Below, in pieces: positions 61,101-64,000 of a stretch of 64,000 bases of DNA. Each line of letters begins with the position of its first letter. Positions within the stretch are counted from its first letter, which is position 1. The notes beneath the pieces were generated by a model, which saw only the letters and a list, made by a program, of their open reading frames with translations, was not told where the DNA came from and ran no database searches. Position numbers and translations under genes: made by a program. Source of the stretch: Podarcis gaigeae (Eukaryota); assembly GCA_964106915.2 (NCBI GenBank), contig OZ066921.1; one strand, 5' to 3'.

Positions 61101-64000
61101 AATATGATAATTAACAAGCAGGTATTAGCAGACCTGCAAATTCCCCAGGAGTTCTTTAGCTTTCCAAAAAACATAAGGGTCAAGTACATCAGAGGATAAC
61201 TTCAAGCTGAGCATGTCTTAATAGACGTTGCTGTGCTTGAGGCAATAGTGAAAGCTCTGCCTGGTGTTTAACCCATGATGGCCATTTTCTATATGCCAGA
61301 CTATGCTTGAGGTTCCATTCACCACAAGCTCAATATGCATGGACAAACTGCCCTCAAGTGAAAAGGATGGGAAGTGGAAGTTGATTAAAAAGATATGTCC
61401 TGCTCCCACTTTGCAGACACACAAACAACTCTTCCAGTTGAAAAGGTAATTGTTCTATCAGTTCATAGCACTAAAAATCCATTCAATGAATCACTTACCT
61501 ACCAAGTGGGAAAATCTGACAGATTCAGGGTGTTGCCATCATCAAAAACAGCTAGCAGAAAAGCTATACAACAGGAGATTTACATGGGTGGTTAATAAGT
61601 CACAATAATTTGCATAGGGGAACACACAGAGTCAAAGGATATCTACAAGCAGATAGACTTTCAGTCTTGCAGAAATATCCCAAAGGAAGCTTTGGGAAGC
61701 ACCCTTGCCATTATTTTAACATTTTTCATCTAACACTCCTGAGATCTTTACGTTCTAACAGTCTCTCACACACGTGTGTGTGAAAGACCCCACAGAATGA
61801 ACCTTTCGGTCTGATGTCTTTTAATAATGCCCCTCTTAGCAGCTGTTGTTTAGATGACGAAGCTTGGCCAGTAGGACTCTAATGCTTTGTACTACTAGGG
61901 TTGCCCAAAAGTTGTCAATTCTGCCTTTGAAAATCCAGCCCTAGCACTACCGACTTGCTGAAATTAATGGGATTTGTACCTGACAGAGAGCAAGCCCAAT
62001 GGCACAAAAGGAAAGTCCCTACCTACAGAGGGGCACATTCTGTTAGCTCAGCTTTATTCAGCCTGAAGCTGATGGAAGTTGTAGTTCAAAACATATGGAG
62101 AACAATGCACTGTGTTTTCATGGTGGACAGAACTCAGCACCAAGCAACTCTCAGGTATGGAGTGGTGATGGAGAGAGGACAGTGGCTCTTGCAAGTACAA
62201 GTGAGAAATAGGACAACCGGGGTGAGGGGAGTTTCAGCAACCATTCTAGGCAGGAATATGCATACTGAACGAAGAACAAGGCCAAGCTGGGTGCAAAAAA
62301 ACATTAAACCTACACTTTTGTACCTATATAGGCTGATCGGACAGCTGTCTCGGCTGTACAGGCATAAATTTTCATGAAAGCACATTAAAATTCAAGAAAG
62401 CTTTTTAAGAAAACAAAAACAGAGAGAATGTACAAAAATAAAAGTCCATATAATCTTGTGAAAAATATACTGGAAACTGCCACCACAGATGAGGTACCAT
62501 TTATTTCCTCCCATCCCCACCTCCACCCATCCACTGCAAACGTCAAAATATATCTTAAGTCTTTCAAAACAAAGGAAGAATATCTGGCTATTTTATAATC
62601 TTGGTTAAGACAGCACCCTTTGATATATCACACTGTTAAAATTGCTTTTGAAACAACAAAAATCAGAATACTACTTCTTAAATTGGATTCCTGTTCACCT
62701 GCCCTTCTTCCTTAGTGCAGTAATTGCCCACCTCCATTTAAATAAATATAGCAGCTACAGTACTGTAGTACAGGTGGCCTTCAATGCCAGTACATTGATA
62801 TTGGCCTGGCTCGCAGATAATACTAAGTCATTGTTTATTAACCCATAGTTTGTTGTTTGAGCCTCCAAACCCTGCCATCAACCCAACTACAGTTTGTTTA
62901 GCGCCTAACCACAACCTGAAGTCATGATTTTTTTTGTTGGCTTACAAACCTTCGTTTGTTTTAACTATGGCTTGCTGTTACACCCAAACCCTTCACCCTT
63001 CCTTAAACATTTCTTTGGCCACCCCACCCTCTCACTAAGCTACATAGGCACAAACCAAGAGCAGCTGGAAAACCCAAAGCAACTTTGAAGAAACAAGTTA
63101 TGGTTTGTTGATCGTCTATGAGACAACCGTTGGTTAACTTGTGGTTTGTTAATCAAACCATGGCTTAGCATTTAGGTGTGAACCAGGCCAGTGTATTACA
63201 AATTTTATCGGCACTTGACAGTTTCAAAATTAAAATATATTCCCGTTTGTTTTTAAGTTACCATCTCCTCTCCACATGAAAATCAATCACACTAGCACTG
63301 TGTACAAGTATTTTAAAGGTGCTTCTCTGTTGGGCTCTAAATCATTTTCACTTTGGAAGGATGAAGGTGATGGCTGCAGCAAAGGAGGCTTTAGAGCCAC
63401 CATTCTAGGGACAGGTCAGGAAATAAATATTATAGTGCATCTTGGTATAAACAGCTAAAAGGTCTTTAAAGGGGGGGAGGCAGAGGTCCCAATGTTCCAC
63501 AACTCACTTTTAAAATCTCAATTGTGAAACACTGAGTAAGAATTCCCACTGGAGCCTTTTAAAGTGACAATCCTTGGAAGAGAAAACACTTAACATTAAT
63601 ATTAATATTAGTGAATATTTGTTGTGATGCACCCATATTAGAACCGTTAAACTTGACCTCAAGCTCCAGGGAGGTTTACTAGGCTACCCTGACAACAAGT
63701 GGTGTATGTTCTCTTTAGGCAGGGGGGTGAAGGACAAAGGAGGTGAAGTCTGAGTCCATTGGCCACATCATGGGGCCTAAGCAGGCTGGTATTGAACTCC
63801 CCGCAGTCATTTCATGCTAGGAATTCAAGCATAAGTACAGTGCATGAAGTATCCTCAGCTAGGAAACTTCCAGAGATTGAAGCATGAAAGCAGCCACTTG
63901 CAATTCAATTCATTAAGAACTCTTTTGGTTCTAGCAGTTTCCCCTTTCATCTTAGTGCACACTTCTTCCCAACCCCCTAAGGTAAGCTGCTCCCCATCAC
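52190..64000 (-). other. Probable very long 3' UTR of the next gene (AGO3 by synteny)
   Basis: No credible ORF or exon, AT-rich, no young TE insertions, minus-strand AATAAA at 52207-52212. Gene order COL8A2-ADPRS-TEKT2-AGO3 recalled from human. No AGO coding sequence lies in the window. Confidence 0.5.
62803..63189. mobile_element. Old non-autonomous DNA transposon
   Basis: Termini GGCCTGGCTCGCA / TGTGAACCAGGCC and internal AAACCATGG / GGTTTGTT short inverted units. Confidence 0.55.

Noticed and set aside
61765-61820. Palindrome CACACACGTGTGTG followed by GAAAGACC...GGTCTGATG, superficially hammerhead-like
   Set aside because: The core reads CTGATGT rather than CTGANGA, the cleavage position would be G, and no stem I forms.
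61955-62377. 140-aa ORF in the right-hand region
   Set aside because: Non-ATG start, no homology I recognise, and opposite to the inferred UTR strand; not Argonaute sequence.

Overview
Eukaryotic (vertebrate) genomic DNA, almost certainly a squamate and probably a lacertid-type lizard, judged from Sauria SINEs with (ACCTTT)n tails and the repeat mix. I reconstructed three complete spliced coding sequences by hand with GT-AG junctions and consistent phases: COL8A2 (+, 2 coding exons, 693 aa), ADPRS/ADPRHL2/ARH3 (-, 6 exons, 357 aa) and TEKT2 (-, 9 coding exons, 430 aa). The ORF-less right end (~52.2-64 kb) is probably the long AGO3 3' UTR; this rests on synteny only. Repeats: a 5'-truncated but open-frame Penelope-like (RT + GIY-YIG) element ending in a minimal hammerhead ribozyme, sense-oriented in the COL8A2 intron; a decayed RTE-X-like LINE; L1, L2 and CR1 fragments; four Sauria SINEs with target-site duplications (TSDs), one of 42 bp; and several TA-flanked (Tc1/mariner-type) and hAT MITEs. 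Best leads: (1) the hammerhead on the COL8A2 pre-mRNA strand; (2) substitutions at ARH3 active-site positions (TDD->SDD, RGYGAG->RTYGAS, NGI->NDI relative to human as I recall it); (3) a candidate TEKT2 promoter and non-coding first exon with clustered RFX X-boxes. I found no convincing wholly new biological system. Human comparisons are from memory and need an alignment check.
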